Source of the DNA: an uncultured Gemmatimonadales bacterium
Lineage (GTDB): Bacteria > Gemmatimonadota > Gemmatimonadetes > Longimicrobiales > RSA9
Direction of reading: 5' to 3'
Length of the DNA: 64,000 nucleotides
Assembly (NCBI GenBank): GCA_963783305.1
Contig: CAWAMW010000011.1
Span: 96,001-160,000, forward strand
The translations under genes and the position numbers were made by a program. The notes beneath the pieces are model-generated. The model searched no databases. It had not been told where the DNA came from and saw nothing but the letters and a program-made list of their open reading frames with translations. This document shows positions 21,931-33,867 of the stretch, piece after piece; position 1 is the first letter of the stretch, and each line of letters starts with the position of its first letter.

Positions 21931-23475
21931 GTGACCCGCTCGGTCTACGGTCGGGAGCACGTCGCCCTCCTCACCGCGGCAGAGTCCGCGGCCCTCGACG
22001 AACGGTCCGACCTGGAGGGCATCCCCGGCCGCGCTCTCATGGAGAACGCCGGCCGGGCAGCTGCGCAGGTGATCGATCGGCTGTACCCGCACGGCCGGAT
22101 CGTGGCCGTGGTCGGTGGCGGCAGCAACGGCGGCGACGCCCTCGTCGCGCTCCGCTGCCTCCGGCTCTGGGGCCGCGAGGTGGCCTACCTTCCCCTCGGC
22201 TCAGGCGACCCGGATCCGGACCTCCTCTGCGGCCACCCGCTCGCTCGCATCCCCGACGCACAGATCGACGCGGCCTTCGCCGGCGCCGCGGTCCTGGTCG
22301 ACGGGATCATGGGCACGGGCGCCCGCGGCGCGCCCCGCGCCCCCGCCGCGGACATCATCGAGCGCATGAACCGCGCTGGCCCACCGATCGTGGCCCTGGA
22401 CATCCCGAGTGGCGTGGATCCCAGCACCGGAGAGGTCCCGGGCATGGCCGTCGAGGCGGACGTCACCATCATGTTCGGCTGGCCGAAGACGGGGGCGCTC
22501 TTCCAGCCGGGTCGCTCGCTCTGCGGCCGTCTCCTGGCGGTGGAGATCGGGTTCCCTCCGCTGAGGGATGGGCAGGCCGCGGCCGCGCTGATCACGCCCG
22601 ACTGGGCGCGCGCGCGGCTCCCCGTCCGGACGCAGGATGCACACAAGAACTCGGTCGGCAGGGTGACCGTGGTGGCAGGGCGGAAGGGAATGGCGGGCGC
22701 CGCGGCCATTGCCGCCCAGTCGGCGATGCGGGCGGGAGCGGGCTACGTGCGCATCGTCACGGAGGAAGCGAACCGCGTGATCGTCCAGGGGGCGGTGCCC
22801 GAAGCCATCTTCGTGGACCGCTCAGACCAGGGCGCGGTGGTGGGGGCGGTAACGGACTGCGATGCGGTGCTGATGGGGCCCGCCATCGGCACGGGCCCGG
22901 ACGCGGAGTCACTCTTCGACACCGTCCTGGATGCCCTCGACGGCCGCGGCTGCGTCCTCGATGCGGATGCCCTCACCATCCTCGCCGGCCGGGGCACGGC
23001 CACCATGCACCGCCTGCCCTCCCGCGCCATCCTCACACCGCACCCGGGCGAGATGCAGCGGCTCACCCAGCGCTCCGCCGATTCCATCAGGACCGACCCC
23101 ATGGCAGCCGCGCAGTCCCTCGCCCAAGCCACCGGCGCCGTCGTCCTGCTCAAGGGAGCGCCCTCGGTCGTGGCCGCGCCGGGCGCACCGGTTCTCGTCT
23201 CCACCGTGGGGTCCTCCGATCTGGCCACCGCCGCCATGGGCGATCAGCTCGGAGCGGAGACCGTGGCGTTCCTCGCCGCTGGCGTGCCCGTCGCCGACGC
23301 GGCCGGGCTCGCGCTCTTCTACGGCGGGCGCGCCTCCGAGCTCGCGGACCGCGGGCGGTCGCTCACGCCGCACGATGTAGCCGACGCCCTCGGCTCGGCC
23401 TTTGCCGACCCGGGACCGCCACGCTCTACGCTCCACCTCCCATTCGTGATCTTCGATCAGCCGCCTCGATGGTGA
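21931..23475 (+). CDS. nnr: Bifunctional NAD(P)H-hydrate epimerase/dehydratase
   Basis: LMENAG, NGGD, DIPSG, HK, LDADAL, TPHPGE, LLKG; start estimated. Confidence 0.88.
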   Translation: MTRSVYGREHVALLTAAESAALDERSDLEGIPGRALMENAGRAAAQVIDRLYPHGRIVAVVGGGSNGGDALVALRCLRLWGREVAYLPLGSGDPDPDLLCGHPLARIPDAQIDAAFAGAAVLVDGIMGTGARGAPRAPAADIIERMNRAGPPIVALDIPSGVDPSTGEVPGMAVEADVTIMFGWPKTGALFQPGRSLCGRLLAVEIGFPPLRDGQAAAALITPDWARARLPVRTQDAHKNSVGRVTVVAGRKGMAGAAAIAAQSAMRAGAGYVRIVTEEANRVIVQGAVPEAIFVDRSDQGAVVGAVTDCDAVLMGPAIGTGPDAESLFDTVLDALDGRGCVLDADALTILAGRGTATMHRLPSRAILTPHPGEMQRLTQRSADSIRTDPMAAAQSLAQATGAVVLLKGAPSVVAAPGAPVLVSTVGSSDLATAAMGDQLGAETVAFLAAGVPVADAAGLALFYGGRASELADRGRSLTPHDVADALGSAFADPGPPRSTLHLPFVIFDQPPRW

Positions 23476-24430
23476 CACGACTGGCATCCGGTCGCGAGTT
23501 CGACCTGATCCGCTCGTTCCTCGACGGCCTGCCGGCCTCGGGCCCCGGCGTCCGCGTCGGGCCGGGCGATGACTGCGCGGTCGTCACCGGTCAGGGGATC
23601 GCGGTCTCCGTGGACATGGCCGTGGAGGACGTGCACTTCCGCAGGACGTGGTTGCCCGCCCCCGACATCGGGTATCACGCGACGGCCGGCGCCCTCAGCG
23701 ACCTCGCCGCGGTGGCGGCCCGGCCGATCGGGGTCCTGGCCTCACTGGCTCTCGGGCCGGGCGACGAGAACGGACTGGGCCGGCGACTCATGGGCGGCGT
23801 GGCCCGCGCCGCCGCCGATGCCGGCGGCATCCTTCTGGGGGGGGACCTGACTCGCTCTCCCGGTCCGCTCGTGATCGACATCACCGTGCTCGGCGAGGCC
23901 GCCTCCCCGGTCCTCCGAAGCGGCGCCCGCCCCGGCCACGAACTGTGGGTCACCGGCCGTCTGGGCGGGGCGGCCGCGGCGGTGAAGGCGTGGCTGGCGG
24001 ACCGTACGCCGGAGCGGAGCGCCTTCGATGCGTACGCCCTCCCGTCCCCCAGGATCCGCGAGGCGATCTGGCTCGCGGAGCGGGGGATCCCCACGGCCAT
24101 GGTCGATCTCTCCGATGGCATTGCCGGCGACGCGGGCCACATCGCCGCCGCCAGCGGCGTGCGCGTAGTGGTGTGGGCGTCGTGGTTGCCGATCGCCAAC
24201 GCCGCGGCCGGCTCCGACGGAGTGACCCTGGCCGCCGCGGGCGGCGAGGACTACGAGCTCTGCTTCACGGCGACTCCCGGGGCGGTGACGGCGGTTCGTG
24301 CCGAGTTCCAGACCACATTCGGCGTCCCGCTGACGCGGGTGGGCGAGGTGGTGGACGGGACGGGGGCTGTCGTGCTGGACGAAGATGGTGAGCCGTTGGA
24401 GCTGGACGCGTTCCAGCACTGGAGGAGCCG

Positions 24431-24434
<4 letters not shown>
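23469..24434 (+). CDS. thiL: Thiamine-monophosphate kinase
   Basis: EFDLI, GDDCA, LSDLAA, GGD, DLSDG, GGEDYEL. Confidence 0.93.
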
Positions 24435-26854
<2,420 letters not shown>

Positions 26855-26888
26855 CGGGCGCCGCCACCGTCGTATGCTCTACAATGGT

Positions 26889-26926
26889 GTAACACCCCGG
26901 AACCGAACCGTAACGCGTGAGTGACG
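26889..26926 (+). promoter_or_regulatory. Upstream motif shared by the two pilin genes (copy 1)
   Basis: GTAAC..GGAAC..CGTAAC-N6-GTGACG; same arrangement at 33071-33108. Confidence 0.55.
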
Positions 26927-27029
26927 CGCCGACCCATCTTACACGGCAGCAACGGCGGGGCCGCTCCCCGTCCCATAGTCAGACAGTAAACGTCACCGCG
27001 GCCTGCCGCGGGCCACACGGAGAGAGAAT

Positions 27030-27716
27030 ATGATGCGCAACGCACTCAGGGCCGGCTTCACGCTGATCGAGCTTCTGGTGACGCTGATCCTGCTGGGCCT
27101 CCTGACCGCAGTGGTGTTCCCGGTGGTCGTGCAGCAGATCGACGACGCCGAGCCCACCAAGGCCGCAAACGATTTTGCCAACATCAAGACCGGGATCGAA
27201 GTCTTCCACCTGAACCTCCGGCCCACCTGGCCGGGCGACCTGGAGGACCTGGTGCACCAGGTGGACGGGACCTTCGACAACGACGTGAACGCGAACAACT
27301 TCTCCAACCCGAACAAGTGGAACGGTCCATACGTCGATGCCGCCGTGGTACTCGGCACTGTTGGGGGGACGGGCGCCCAGGAGACCGGCGCCGCCGTCAC
27401 GACCGGCTTCGGGATGAGCATTCTCAACCAGATCGTCTGCTACAATGCGACGGCGAACACCTTCCAGCCCGCCGACGGCACCCAGAGCTGCACGGCCGGA
27501 ACGGACTTCGTGGCGCTCCTCGTGGACGGGTCGTTCTCAACCGCGGCTACCACCGACATTCCCAGCGAGTTCACCACGATCGACGAGCTCATCGACAACG
27601 AGGCTGACGGCTGGAGCACCGGCAAGGTACGCATGGCCAAGGCCACGGGCGCACTGTTTGATGGGACCGGCGCCCCCTCCTACATCGTCTACCTGGTGGC
27701 GCCGTACACCAGCTGA
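27030..27716 (+). CDS. Type IV pilin/GspG-like pseudopilin
   Basis: Class III signal RAG/FTLIELL; WPGDLEDL and WNGPY GspG-like motifs; two Cys. Confidence 0.88.
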   Translation: MMRNALRAGFTLIELLVTLILLGLLTAVVFPVVVQQIDDAEPTKAANDFANIKTGIEVFHLNLRPTWPGDLEDLVHQVDGTFDNDVNANNFSNPNKWNGPYVDAAVVLGTVGGTGAQETGAAVTTGFGMSILNQIVCYNATANTFQPADGTQSCTAGTDFVALLVDGSFSTAATTDIPSEFTTIDELIDNEADGWSTGKVRMAKATGALFDGTGAPSYIVYLVAPYTS

Positions 27717-27739
27717 TCCCGAACAGCGGAAACCTGAGA

Positions 27740-27782
27740 GAGGGGCCGGCCGCGATTCGATCGCGGCCGGCCCCTCGTTTTC
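27740..27782 (+). terminator. Intrinsic terminator
   Basis: 17-bp perfect stem GAGGGGCCGGCCGCGAT/ATCGCGGCCGGCCCCTC followed by GTTTTT. Confidence 0.85.
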
Positions 27783-27795
27783 ACCCCGTCGCCGG

Positions 27796-27823
27796 TTGAC
27801 ACCCCCGCCCTTTTCGATAGTTT
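27796..27823 (+). promoter_or_regulatory. Sigma70 promoter of tRNA-Met
   Basis: TTGACA-16 bp-TAGTTT. Confidence 0.65.
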
Positions 27824-27841
27824 TACCCGTCTGGCCAGCAT

Positions 27842-27913
27842 GGCAGGGTAGCTCAATCGGTAGAGCAACGGAATCATAATCCGTGCGTTGGGGGTTCGAG
27901 TCCCCCCCTGCTA
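27842..27913 (+). tRNA. tRNA-Met(CAT), probably elongator
   Basis: GCTC/GAGC D-stem, ACGGA-ATCATAA-TCCGT anticodon arm, GGGGG-TTCGAGT-CCCCC T-arm; 3' C run one short of canonical; CCA not encoded. Confidence 0.88.
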
Positions 27914-27919
27914 CTGGAA

Positions 27920-27957
27920 ACAGAAGCGCCCCGGCGGTTTACGCGGGGCGCTTCTGT
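27920..27957 (+). terminator. Hairpin/terminator after tRNA-Met
   Basis: 14-bp stem ACAGAAGCGCCCCG/CGGGGCGCTTCTGT. Confidence 0.7.
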
Positions 27958-28185
27958 CGTGTCGGGACTTCATCGCCGCTCCAGCGGCCACGAGTGTCGT
28001 GGCAGCGCGACAACGTGGGGGATCCGTACAGCGACCGCTCAGGACACACCGGCGGCACGACCTTCCCGGAGGCGTTGTCGCAGAGGCATATCCTGCGGAC
28101 GAGCCGCCCGACCTGGATTGGGAACGGTTCTTACAGTGAATGATGGGTCGATCGGTTGTGTTCCTGCCCCCGGGAGAATGGATCG

Positions 28186-28881
28186 ATGCCTATCAGAGCC
28201 GCAGCTGCACTCCTCGCCCTCGCGCTGAGCGCGAACGTCGCCCCCGCCCAGGTCTGGACCGACTGGCTGGTGGAGAGTCCGGGCACCGTGACGGGCGAGA
28301 TGGTCTTTTCTCAGGTCGTCGATGTGACATACACCGGGAACCACTATGGGGACCGGACCTACACCGACGATCCCGCGACCCCCTGGAGCTGGAACTACTC
28401 GGTCTACGAGATCGCGGGAGCAGGCAGCCAGCCCCCCACGACGGACCAGATCGGCTTCAGCGCGGCTTCCACGAATCGGCTGGTCTTCTCCCGGCCCGTG
28501 GTCGACCCGTTCATCGCGATCATGAGCCAGGGCCAGAGCGGATTACCCGTCCGCTACACGTTTACCGACCCCTTCACCGTCATCTCCGAAGGGGCCGGCT
28601 ACTGGGGCGACGGGACGTACATGACCGACGCCGGCTGCGGCCCGAACGGCGCGTGCGGCTCTCTCAGCAGCTGGATCGAGGGCAGGGAGTTCCACGGCAT
28701 GATCCAGTTCTCGGGGACGTACTCGGAGCTGAACTGGGTTTCCACCGCGGAGAACTGGCACTCGGTCACCGTGGGCGCCCACGGCGTAGTCCCGGAGCCC
28801 GCTACCCTGCTTCTGCTGGGCACCGGCCTGATCGGTTTGGCCGGATTGGCCTGGCGTCGCAAAGAGCGTGACGAGGAGTAG
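28186..28881 (+). CDS. PEP-CTERM sorting domain surface protein
   Basis: Signal peptide ending APA; C-terminal VPEPATLLLLGTGLIGLAGLAWRRK. Confidence 0.9.
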   Translation: MPIRAAAALLALALSANVAPAQVWTDWLVESPGTVTGEMVFSQVVDVTYTGNHYGDRTYTDDPATPWSWNYSVYEIAGAGSQPPTTDQIGFSAASTNRLVFSRPVVDPFIAIMSQGQSGLPVRYTFTDPFTVISEGAGYWGDGTYMTDAGCGPNGACGSLSSWIEGREFHGMIQFSGTYSELNWVSTAENWHSVTVGAHGVVPEPATLLLLGTGLIGLAGLAWRRKERDEE

Positions 28882-28914
28882 CCGGCACGCTTCCTCAGAG
28901 CCGGTCCAGGAGGC

Positions 28915-28946
28915 ACGGGCGCCCTGCTGGGAGGGGCGCCCGTTTT
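28915..28946 (+). terminator. Intrinsic terminator
   Basis: ACGGGCGCCC/GGGCGCCCGT stem followed by T run. Confidence 0.7.
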
Positions 28947-29018
28947 CCACTCCGTCCGTTCCGGATCGTAGTTGACGGCCGCGGCACCCCCCGCAGCAAA
29001 CCCCTCGGAGAGAGAACT

Positions 29019-29624
29019 ATGACCTGGCTTCGACAATGGCGCGTACTGGTGGCAGCAGTGGCAGCCACGCTGGCGATCGTGAATTCTCCCGCGCGTGCCC
29101 AGGTCTTTGTGGGCGATCTCGAAGGCGCTCAGGAGGTGCCTTCCAATATCTCGCCCGGAACGGGAACGGCGACGGTCACGCTCAGCGGCGACTTCCTGAA
29201 CGTCCAGGCCGTGTTTTCCGACCTCATTGGCACCACGGTGGCGGCGCACATCCACTGCTGCGCTCCGGCGGGCGCCAACGCTGGAGTGGCCAGCCCCGTG
29301 CCGAGCTTCCCTGGATTCCCGCTGGGCGTCACGAGCGGCATATACTCGCAGATCTTCGATCTGAGCCTGGCGAGCGCCTACAATCCTTCCTTCGTCACCG
29401 CCCAGGGGGGTCTGGCCGGAGCCCAGGCCGCATTCGTGGCGGGGCTGATCAGCGGGAACGCCTATTTCAACATTCACACGACCGCGTTCGCGGGTGGTGA
29501 GATCCGCGGCCAGCTCCTCCAGCAGACCACCGTCCCGGAGCCCGCGACACTGGTTCTGCTCCTGACCGGGCTGCTGGGCCTGGGCGTGGCGCGCAGGCGA
29601 CGCCGGGTTACAGACGACGAGTGA
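29019..29624 (+). CDS. CHRD-domain PEP-CTERM protein
   Basis: L.GAQEVP, AAHIH, YFNIHT...GGEIRGQL; VPEP-TM-RRRRR tail. Confidence 0.9.
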   Translation: MTWLRQWRVLVAAVAATLAIVNSPARAQVFVGDLEGAQEVPSNISPGTGTATVTLSGDFLNVQAVFSDLIGTTVAAHIHCCAPAGANAGVASPVPSFPGFPLGVTSGIYSQIFDLSLASAYNPSFVTAQGGLAGAQAAFVAGLISGNAYFNIHTTAFAGGEIRGQLLQQTTVPEPATLVLLLTGLLGLGVARRRRRVTDDE

Positions 29625-29760
29625 GGTGGGGCGGCCCGCGAGGTCGCTCCCACGATCGGATCGCGTGGCGGAGGAATCCGTGGCTCTGGGGGAAGCGCTT
29701 CGGGTCGGCTCCCCCGATGAACCCCGGGGCGTCCGCGTCGGTCCGGCAACGCGCCCGCGC

Positions 29761-31305
29761 TCAGTCCCTGAGCTCCCTGTCGATCCAGCTCATCAGCGCG
29801 GCGGCGGCCGCTTCCGAGTAGAGGACCGGCGTGCCCCCCATCTCGCGGATCCACGCCGCGTCTGCCTCCTCGAATACGCGGACGATAGTCGGCACCCCGC
29901 GCGCGTACTCCAGCAGCCGACGGTTGTCCTCCGGGCGGCGGATCGTTGAGGTGATGATGCGGGCCTCTCGCGCGCGCGCCTCGTGCAGCACCGCGAGGTC
30001 GCTGGCGTCCCCGCGGATCACGTGGAGATCCGCGTCCCGGAGTCGCGCCACCACGTCGGGGTCGTCATCCACCACCACCACCTCGTAGTCCGCGCCGAGG
30101 AGCGTCTCCAGGAGGGGCATCCCCGTGGCGCCCGACCCGAGCACCAGCACGTGGCCGGTGAGAGGGGGCATGGTGCGCGCCCGGCGCCGCACCGGGTGAA
30201 GGTGCATGAGCGCCCAGGCCACGCGGTCGGTGGCGAGGATGGGCGTCAGCAGCATGGTCAGGAGCGTCATCAGCGCGATCACCGTGAATACGCTCTGGGA
30301 GATCTGTCCCTCCATCATCCCGTGGAGCCCGACGACCAGCGAGAGCTCACTGGCCTGGGCGAGGAGGAGTCCGGACTCGATGGCCGGCCGCGCCGAGAGC
30401 CCCGCGCGCTCGGCGACGAGGGTCACGAGCGGAGGGGTCAGCACGATGAGCAGGGCGGCCAGGACCAGGGCCTGGAATATCTCCAGCGAGCTCGGGATCC
30501 CGATGAGGGCGCCCAGCGCCGTGAAGAAGATGGCCGAGAAGAAGTCGCCGATGGACGCCAGCTGCGGCCGGACCAGCGCGTCCACGGGGAACCCGGAGAG
30601 CGCCACGCCGGCCAGCAGTGCGCCCACCACCAGCGGGAGCCCGAGCCAGCCGGCGAGGGCGATGAACACGAACAGGAGCGCGAGCGTGGCGAGCAGGAGG
30701 GCCTCGTCGTCGCCGTCCAGCCGCACGAGCTGCGGCCCGACCCAGCGCCAGGCGGCGGCGGCCAGCAGCAGTAGCGCCGCCACTGATCCGAGCCCGTAGA
30801 CCAGCGCGCCGGGGCCCTCGGGTGTCCGGGTCATGAGCGGGATGAGCAAAATGACGAGCAGGTCCTGAAGCAGGAGCACGCCAATGACCAGGCGAGCGAA
30901 GGGCTCGAACATGCGCCGACGTCGCCGCAGCAGCCGCACGACGACGAGGGTGGAGCTGGCGGTGAGGGCCAGCGCCACGTAGGCGGCGCTGAGTGGATCG
31001 AGGCCGAGCAGCAGCGCCACGCCCAGGCCCGCGAGTCCGAGAATCGTGAACTGCACGAGACCTACGCGCAGGGCCGCGTCCCGCTGCCCGCCGGTCCGGC
31101 GCGGGCTGAGCTCGATCCCGGTGATGAAGAGGAGGAACGTGATCCCGAGGATCAGTGCCTCCTCCAGGAACTCGCCGGAGAGGCGGCCGGTCTGCGCGAG
31201 CGCCACCCCGGCGAGGAGGAGGAGCGGGACAGGAGGGGCATGGATCGCCTTGGCGAGGGCGTAGGCGACGGCGGCCGCGGTGAGGAGGAGCGCGATGGCC
31301 GTCAT
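29761..31305 (-). CDS. CPA2 (Kef-like) cation:proton antiporter with TrkA-N/RCK domain
   Basis: LLFITGIELS, SSTLVV, LLLQD, SELSLV; C-terminal VLVLGSGATG...GDA. Confidence 0.88.
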   Translation of the reverse strand: MTAIALLLTAAAVAYALAKAIHAPPVPLLLLAGVALAQTGRLSGEFLEEALILGITFLLFITGIELSPRRTGGQRDAALRVGLVQFTILGLAGLGVALLLGLDPLSAAYVALALTASSTLVVVRLLRRRRRMFEPFARLVIGVLLLQDLLVILLIPLMTRTPEGPGALVYGLGSVAALLLLAAAAWRWVGPQLVRLDGDDEALLLATLALLFVFIALAGWLGLPLVVGALLAGVALSGFPVDALVRPQLASIGDFFSAIFFTALGALIGIPSSLEIFQALVLAALLIVLTPPLVTLVAERAGLSARPAIESGLLLAQASELSLVVGLHGMMEGQISQSVFTVIALMTLLTMLLTPILATDRVAWALMHLHPVRRRARTMPPLTGHVLVLGSGATGMPLLETLLGADYEVVVVDDDPDVVARLRDADLHVIRGDASDLAVLHEARAREARIITSTIRRPEDNRRLLEYARGVPTIVRVFEEADAAWIREMGGTPVLYSEAAAAALMSWIDRELRD

Positions 31306-31307
31306 GC

Positions 31308-32942
31308 TCAGCCTATTACTCCTGCATCCCGCAGCGCTCCCGCGACCTGCCGGATGCCGTCGTACTTCGAGACCATGACGTGGGTGGCCCCCTCAGCGAG
31401 CAGCTCTTCCGCCAGGCTCGGGTCGAAGGCGTGGATGCTCGACGGTACCCCCGCCTGCCTGGAGCGGTAGGCGAGCAGCTTGTTGGCGTCCTCGATCTGG
31501 AGCGCCGAGACCAGCAGCCGCGCCCGGGGCAGCCTCGCCTCGGCCAGGACCGACGGGTGCTCGGTGCTGCCCTGGAGCGTCGGGCAGGGGAGGTCCGAGA
31601 GCTTCGCTGCGTCCACATCCAGTGCCAGAACCGTCTCCCCTCGCGCCACGAGATCCCGGACGATCCGACGGCCCAGCGAGTTCATGCCCACCACGATGAC
31701 GTGGTCCGCCAGCTCCGGCTCGCCCGCCGGCTCGGACGTGGGGGCTGCACGGAAGACGGCCAGGGCACCTCTCTTCCACAGCCGCTGGTACCACACATCT
31801 CCCGACTGGATCAGCGCGGCCGAGGTCCCCATGGTCACCAGACCGACCATGCCCACGACCGAGAGGAAGAGCTCGTCCACGAGACCGGCGCTGAACGCGA
31901 GCGCGGCCACAATGAAGGAGAACTCGCTGATCTGCCCGAGCGTGAGCGACGCCAGGAAGGCGGTGCGCTCGCCATAGCCGAAGCGGGGGATGAGCGCCAT
32001 GAGGATGGCGGGCTTCCCGATGAGCACGAATGCGGACAGCACGAGCACCATCGGCCACCGCTCCATCGCGGCGGCCGGGTCCATGTGGATCCCCAGCGTG
32101 ACGAAGAATACCGCCAGGAAGAAGTTGACGAGCGGGTGGACCCGGCGGATGAGCTCGTGATTGTAGCTCAGCTGCGCCAGACCGACGCCGGCGACGAACG
32201 CGCCGATCTCCACCGAGAGGCCGAGCGCCTGTGCCGCCAGGATGAATCCGAAGCACCACGTCAGGCTCCAGATGAAGAGCGCCTCCAGCGATCCGCTCAG
32301 CCAGCCGAACAGCGACGGCAGGACGAATCGGACCCCCAGATACGCCGCGACCACGAGCGCCGCCATCCCTACAGACGCCTGCAACAGGCCGCGACCGAGT
32401 GTCGCGACGCTCACCCCGCCCGCCGCCGGATCCTCCAGCCCCGCCAGGAGCGTGAGAGCCACCACGACCGCCACGTCCTGCACGAGGAGAATCCCCACGG
32501 CGATCCGGCCGTGCGTCGAGTCCAGCTCTCGGCGCCGGTCGAGCAGCTTCACAACCACCACCGTGCTGCTGAACGTCAGCCCCAGCGCCAGCAGCGCCGC
32601 GGGGAGTGCGTCGAGCCCCAGCACGAGGGCGAGCCCCCAGCCGATGAGCCCCGTGAGGACCAGCTGGGCGCCGCCGCCAAGGAGCGCGACTCGACCCACA
32701 TCACGGATCTTCTGAAGCGACAGCTCCAGCCCCACCAGGAAGAGCAGCAGCGCGACCCCGACCTCGGAGATCAGCTCCAGGCCCTCCGTCTCGTGCACCC
32801 ACCCGGTGAGTGGACCGAGGATGAGACCCGCCACCATGTACGCGATGATGAGCGGCACGCGGGCCGCGCGCGCCACGAGCCCTACCACCGCGGCGGCGGC
32901 CAGGATCAGCCCGAGGTCCAGAAGGAGGGGGAGGTCGGCCAT
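31308..32942 (-). CDS. CPA2 (Kef-like) cation:proton antiporter with TrkA-N/RCK domain
   Basis: LLFLVGLELS, SSTVVVVK, LLVQD, QISEFSF; start ATG 32942 (MADLPLL). Confidence 0.9.
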   Translation of the reverse strand: MADLPLLLDLGLILAAAAVVGLVARAARVPLIIAYMVAGLILGPLTGWVHETEGLELISEVGVALLLFLVGLELSLQKIRDVGRVALLGGGAQLVLTGLIGWGLALVLGLDALPAALLALGLTFSSTVVVVKLLDRRRELDSTHGRIAVGILLVQDVAVVVALTLLAGLEDPAAGGVSVATLGRGLLQASVGMAALVVAAYLGVRFVLPSLFGWLSGSLEALFIWSLTWCFGFILAAQALGLSVEIGAFVAGVGLAQLSYNHELIRRVHPLVNFFLAVFFVTLGIHMDPAAAMERWPMVLVLSAFVLIGKPAILMALIPRFGYGERTAFLASLTLGQISEFSFIVAALAFSAGLVDELFLSVVGMVGLVTMGTSAALIQSGDVWYQRLWKRGALAVFRAAPTSEPAGEPELADHVIVVGMNSLGRRIVRDLVARGETVLALDVDAAKLSDLPCPTLQGSTEHPSVLAEARLPRARLLVSALQIEDANKLLAYRSRQAGVPSSIHAFDPSLAEELLAEGATHVMVSKYDGIRQVAGALRDAGVIG

Positions 32943-33070
32943 GCGGATATGGTAGCGGTCGGTCGCTCCCGGCGGTATCCGCCGGCTATTCCCCCAGCTG
33001 CGGACCCCGCCCCGGCTTAAAGGGTAGATACCGACCGAGAAACGGCCCCGAGGGCCTTGCAACCTCCGGG

Positions 33071-33108
33071 ATAACGCGGTCCGGAACGAGCGTAACACCA
33101 GTGTGACG
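33071..33108 (+). promoter_or_regulatory. Upstream motif shared by the two pilin genes (copy 2)
   Basis: ATAAC..GGAAC..CGTAAC-N6-GTGACG. Confidence 0.55.
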
Positions 33109-33189
33109 GCCTGGCTGTAGCTTCCACACGGTCGAAGGAGACGGCGGCAGTGTGCTCGCCGCACGAACTGATAGAGGACGGAGATAGAG

Positions 33190-33801
33190 ATGCCGAAGAG
33201 GATCATCAACGCACGGCGCGGCGGGTTCACGCTGGTCGAAGTGCTCGTCACCCTCGTGCTGATCGCGCTGCTGGTGGGAGTCGTCCTGCCCTCGGTGGTG
33301 AACCAGCTCGACCGCGGCGAGCCGACCCGGGTCACCGCGGACCTCGAAGCGATCCGGGCGGGCGCGAAGATGTTCCGGATCGACGTCAAGCGGTATCCGG
33401 CCACGCTCGAACAGCTGAGCGAGGCGCCGGACGCGTCGGGTGCGGCCTGGACCCGCACCACCGACTTCAATGGCGCGCAGATCGGCCCTGGCCTGCTCAC
33501 GAACTGGGGCGGGCCGTACATCGAGGGCTCCAGTGTCGCTGATGAGTCCACCACCCTCTCCACCGTGCTCGGCGGCGAGATCCAGCCGATCTTCATCGAC
33601 TCCCTCACGATGGCCGGTGTGCCCTACCTGGCCGTCGAGGTCACCGGGCTCGATTCGGCGTCCATCGCCCGGATCAATGAGGCTGTGGATGGACTGGCCG
33701 CCGCGTCCATGACCAACCCGGACATAGAGGGACGGATCCGGATGGCCGAGGATGTGGCCGACGATTTCCGGCTCTACTTCATGGCGCTGCCGATCAACTG
33801 A
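33190..33801 (+). CDS. Type IV pilin/GspG-like pseudopilin, paralog of 27030-27716
   Basis: RGG/FTLVEVLVTL; YPATLEQL; WGGPY. Confidence 0.88.
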   Translation: MPKRIINARRGGFTLVEVLVTLVLIALLVGVVLPSVVNQLDRGEPTRVTADLEAIRAGAKMFRIDVKRYPATLEQLSEAPDASGAAWTRTTDFNGAQIGPGLLTNWGGPYIEGSSVADESTTLSTVLGGEIQPIFIDSLTMAGVPYLAVEVTGLDSASIARINEAVDGLAAASMTNPDIEGRIRMAEDVADDFRLYFMALPIN

Positions 33802-33867
33802 TCCGCGCCTGTCCAACCGGTGCCGGGGTCGCGTGATCCTGGCAACCGGGACGCGGATGGTGCACCA

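Noticed and set aside
23220..23270. Inactivated Nnr dehydratase (AAMGDQLGA versus AGxGDVLxG)
   Set aside because: Catalytic GD retained; cannot be distinguished from normal divergence
28007..28081. 9-bp inverted repeat GCGACAACG/CGTTGTCGC as a MITE
   Set aside because: Too short, no target-site duplication and no second copy seen
28119..28136. Sigma54 promoter for the PEP-CTERM gene (GGAACGGTTCTTAC)
   Set aside because: -12 element reads AC instead of the near-invariant GC
32943..33608. N-terminal extension of the 766-aa antiporter ORF
   Set aside because: Overlaps pilin 2 antisense; antiporter similarity starts at ATG 32942
27842..33801. Integrative element or prophage at tRNA-Met
   Set aside because: No integrase or phage genes and no duplicated tRNA 3' end found by eye
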